Origin: an uncultured Verrucomicrobiae bacterium
GTDB taxonomy: Bacteria; Verrucomicrobiota; Verrucomicrobiia; Limisphaerales; JAFGQR01
Length of the DNA: 44,806 nt
Assembly (NCBI GenBank): GCA_963788655.1
Contig: CAWBHS010000010.1
Span: forward strand, 1 to 44,806
Reading direction: 5' to 3'
Positions 42,299-44,806 of the stretch are shown here, piece by piece. Position 1 is the first letter of the stretch. Every line of letters begins with the position of its first letter. The notes beneath the pieces are model-generated. The model had not been told where the DNA came from. It did not search any database and was given only the letters and a program-made list of their open reading frames with translations. The position numbers and the translations under genes are program-made.

Positions 42299-43885
42299 AT
42301 GCGACCCAAGGAAGCCAGCGAGCAATTGAAACCCACCGTATTCGTCATCTTTGGGGGCGCCGGCGATCTGGCGTGGCGCAAACTCGTACCGGCCCTGTTC
42401 AGTCTTTACCTCGAACAGAGCCTGCCCGACCCCTTTGCCATCCTGGCCTTGGACCATGGCAGCATGTCCGACCAGGCGCTGCGCCAGCGGTTGGAGACCG
42501 GGGCCAAACAATTCTCCCGCCGTCCCCCCAAGGCTGCGGAGTGGAACGACTTCGCCGCGCAAATTCATTATCAGTCTGGCGATTTCACCGAAGCCAAGAC
42601 GTTCAACACTCTGGCCAAACGTCTGGCGGCGTTGGACGACCAATGGAAGACGCCGGCCGAGCGCATCTTTTACTTGGCCGTGCCGCCCTCGATGTTCGGG
42701 GAAATCCCCAGCCGCCTCGGCAAGGCCGGACTAGCCCGCGAGCGGGAACGCAGCCGCCTGGTCATCGAAAAACCGATCGGCTACGACCTGGCTTCAGCCC
42801 GCCGGCTCAATGGCCTGCTGGCCAAAAGTTTTCAGGAAAGCCAAATCTTCCGCATCGACCATTACCTCGGCAAGGAAACCGTGCGCAACATCCTGGCCTT
42901 CCGGTTTGCCAATCCGTTGTTCGAACCGATCTGGAACCGGCGGTATGTGGATCACGTGGCCATCACCGTCGCCGAAGCGGTGGGGGTGGAACATCGCGGT
43001 TCCTATTATGAACGGGCCGGCGCGCTGCGCGACATGGTGCAGAATCACCTGCTGCAACTGCTTTGTTTGATCGCCATGGAACCACCGGTTTCGTTTCACC
43101 CGGACGAAATCCGCAACAAGAAAGTCGATGTGCAACACGCCATTCGCCCCATCCCGCACGAACTGGTCCACGACTGCACCGTGCGCGGCCAGTACAATCG
43201 CGGTTGGGTGCGGGGACAGCGGGTGCCGGCGTATCGCGAAGAGGATGGCATCGATCCGCACTCGAACACCGCAACGTTCGCGGCGTTGAAATTGTTCGTG
43301 GATAATTGGCGATGGCAGGGGGTGCCGTTTTACCTGCGCACCGGCAAGCGATTGCCGCGGCAGGTATCCGAAGTTTCCGTCCGGTTCAGCGGCGTGCCGC
43401 ATCAGGCGTTTCCCTCCGAAGCCACCTATGACTGGCAACCGGCGCGGCTGGTCATCTGCATCCAGCCCGACGAAGGCATCGTCCTCAAATTCCAAGCCAA
43501 ACAACCGGGGCCGCGCATCCGATTACGGCCCGTGGATATGCGGTTCAGTTATCGCGAATCGTTCCAAGTGCCCTCACCGGATGCTTACGAAACGCTGCTG
43601 TACGACGTGATGATCAATGACGCCACGCTGTTCATGCGCGCCGACCAGGTGGAAGCTGCCTGGTCACTGCTGATGCCGGTGCTCGACGTCTGGGCGGCCA
43701 GTCCGCCGAACGACTTCCCCAACTACGCGGCCGGCACGTGGGGACCGGAAGCCTCCGAGGGCCTCATTGCCCGCGATGGTCGCACTTGGTTCCTGCCCAC
43801 GATGCCCCACGATCATGACGACCCCATGCCGGAGCCCGCGCCACCGCCGAAGGCCCGGCGCCCAAAATCTTCACGCAAGAAATAG
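42299..43885 (+). CDS. zwf: Glucose-6-phosphate 1-dehydrogenase
   Basis: FGGAGDLAWRKL, IEKPIG, RIDHYLGKE, RDMVQNHL, WRWQGVPFYLRTGK and DAYETL. Confidence 0.97.
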   Translation: MRPKEASEQLKPTVFVIFGGAGDLAWRKLVPALFSLYLEQSLPDPFAILALDHGSMSDQALRQRLETGAKQFSRRPPKAAEWNDFAAQIHYQSGDFTEAKTFNTLAKRLAALDDQWKTPAERIFYLAVPPSMFGEIPSRLGKAGLARERERSRLVIEKPIGYDLASARRLNGLLAKSFQESQIFRIDHYLGKETVRNILAFRFANPLFEPIWNRRYVDHVAITVAEAVGVEHRGSYYERAGALRDMVQNHLLQLLCLIAMEPPVSFHPDEIRNKKVDVQHAIRPIPHELVHDCTVRGQYNRGWVRGQRVPAYREEDGIDPHSNTATFAALKLFVDNWRWQGVPFYLRTGKRLPRQVSEVSVRFSGVPHQAFPSEATYDWQPARLVICIQPDEGIVLKFQAKQPGPRIRLRPVDMRFSYRESFQVPSPDAYETLLYDVMINDATLFMRADQVEAAWSLLMPVLDVWAASPPNDFPNYAAGTWGPEASEGLIARDGRTWFLPTMPHDHDDPMPEPAPPPKARRPKSSRKK

Positions 43886-44136
43886 ACTTGCCATTCCTGG
43901 CCGTTCTGAGACACGTTCTACCCTCAGAAAGGCCAGGGTATGGAAATCAATTCTGTGTGCGGGCGGGCCGAAGTAAAAGTTTCATTTGGAACGTCCAACA
44001 GGACGGAGGAAGATATCCAACTCGGAAGTCAAGCTGTTGCTCAACGGGCAGGGCTTGGGTTTGTTCACCATCGGCTTCACAATCGTCGCCGTCGGGCTGG
44101 CATTCAAGAAGACCGCCAACGCGTGAACCTTTGTCA

Positions 44137-44239
44137 AATGACCAAGGACCAAGTGGCCAATGACCAGAGAATGTCCAAATCCCAAGCACCAATTAACATC
44201 GGATGGCCTTCCATCGCTCAACTGAGCTTTGGTCCTTGG
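44137..44239. repeat. Degenerate ACCAA-core ~7-nt periodic repeat with inverted partner
   Basis: aatgaccaa-ggaccaa-gtggccaa-tgacca...tgtccaa-atcccaa-gcaccaa, and TTGGTCCTTGG near 44229-44239, which is complementary to CCAAGGACCAA. Confidence 0.6.
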
Positions 44240-44325
44240 CCGGGAACTTTCGCCTGCCACTCAAAGGTAAGCGTCAAGGGGAGCGCGCCTAGCGGGCCGC
44301 GGGCGACGTTGGCTACGCTGGCGGA

Positions 44326-44664
44326 ATGAAACGATCATCGAGTCGACGCGTTCGATATTCTCCCGAACAGCGAGCCGCATGGGTCAACGAGTTCCGTGGC
44401 AGCGGCGAGACGCAGCAAATCTTTGCGCGGCGTCGCGGCATCAAGTGGACCACCTTCCGCAACTGGCTCTACCGTCGCAGCAGCAAAATGCCCGCCCGTC
44501 CCAGCGCCGTTGACTTTCAAGAGATCCGGATCGCACCCCTGCACTCACCGGCGCCCTGGAGTGCTGAGATTGCTCTGGGGAGCGGGACCGTGGTGCGACT
44601 GCAGGCCGGCGCGGACCCGCAATGGGTGCACGCCCTCCTTCAATCTCTGCGCCAGCCATGTTGA
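44326..44664 (+). CDS. tnpA: IS66 accessory protein TnpA (HTH)
   Basis: RYSPEQRAAWV.EF..SG.T...FARRRGI...TFRNW, then FQEI and AEIAL.SG.VVRL; stop overlaps the tnpB start. Confidence 0.85.
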   Translation: MKRSSSRRVRYSPEQRAAWVNEFRGSGETQQIFARRRGIKWTTFRNWLYRRSSKMPARPSAVDFQEIRIAPLHSPAPWSAEIALGSGTVVRLQAGADPQWVHALLQSLRQPC

Positions 44665-44806
44665 GCCTCAGCGCGGCGACGCGCATCTTTGTCGCCCTGG
44701 AGCCGGTGGACCTGCGCCAGAGCTTTAACGGCCTGCTGGCACGCGTCCAGTCGGTGTTGAAGGAGGACCCGACGTTCCGGGCATTTGTTTGTCTTTACCA
44801 ACCGAC
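44658..44806 (+). CDS. tnpB: IS66 accessory protein TnpB, N-terminal part; single-base insertion near 44775
   Basis: MLSLSAATRIFVALEPVDLRQSFNGLLARVQSVLKEDPT, then SGHLFVFTNR in the +1 frame, matching the IS66 TnpB D-x-R-x-x-F-x-GL...DP..G.LFVF.NR signature. Confidence 0.88.
   Translation, partial: MLSLSAATRIFVALEPVDLRQSFNGLLARVQSVLKEDPTFRAFVCLYQP

Larger units (their letters stand above)
44267..44806 (+). mobile_element. IS66-family insertion sequence, left part (truncated by window end)
   Basis: Begins GTAAGCGTC (IS66 termini start with GTAA), followed by overlapping tnpA and tnpB. Confidence 0.85.

Noticed and set aside
43986..44126. 46-codon plus-strand frame ending ...GLGLFTIGFTIVAVGLAFKKTANA
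   Set aside because: Looks like a membrane-protein fragment but has only a TTG start and no recognisable family; cannot be supported.

Overview
GC-rich bacterial chromosomal window. The protein families and repeat types suggest Verrucomicrobiota, probably Pedosphaera-like (inference, not searched). Left to right: (1) a low-GC, edge-truncated DUF6602-like putative nuclease that the ORF track misses; (2) a minus-strand MoxR-DUF58-VWA-VWA-TPR (Bat-like) operon; (3) a small membrane protein; (4) a PL10 pectate lyase and an alpha/beta esterase; (5) a czcC-czcB-czcA-czcD-type metal-efflux operon, preceded by a Cys/His-containing leader ORF ending in RAPS and a hairpin over the czcC ribosome-binding site; (6) two tandem giant secreted paralogues (~3030 and ~2390 aa) built from Ig-like domains, a CotH-type kinase domain and eight lamin-tail domains, with a shared C-terminal 'RFYR' domain; (7) TolC, methyltransferase, cytochrome c, site-2 protease, S41 protease and zwf genes; (8) the left end of an IS66 element. 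I count 11 frameshifts, all single-base insertions and most likely long-read errors, plus three in-frame stops that are all TAG. The most unusual pattern concerns several families of REP-like palindromes. They lie in-frame in the 5' ends of genes (czcC, czcB, possibly the pectate lyase), or are spanned by ORFs whose start codons overlap the upstream stop codon. No rRNA, tRNA or CRISPR array was seen.
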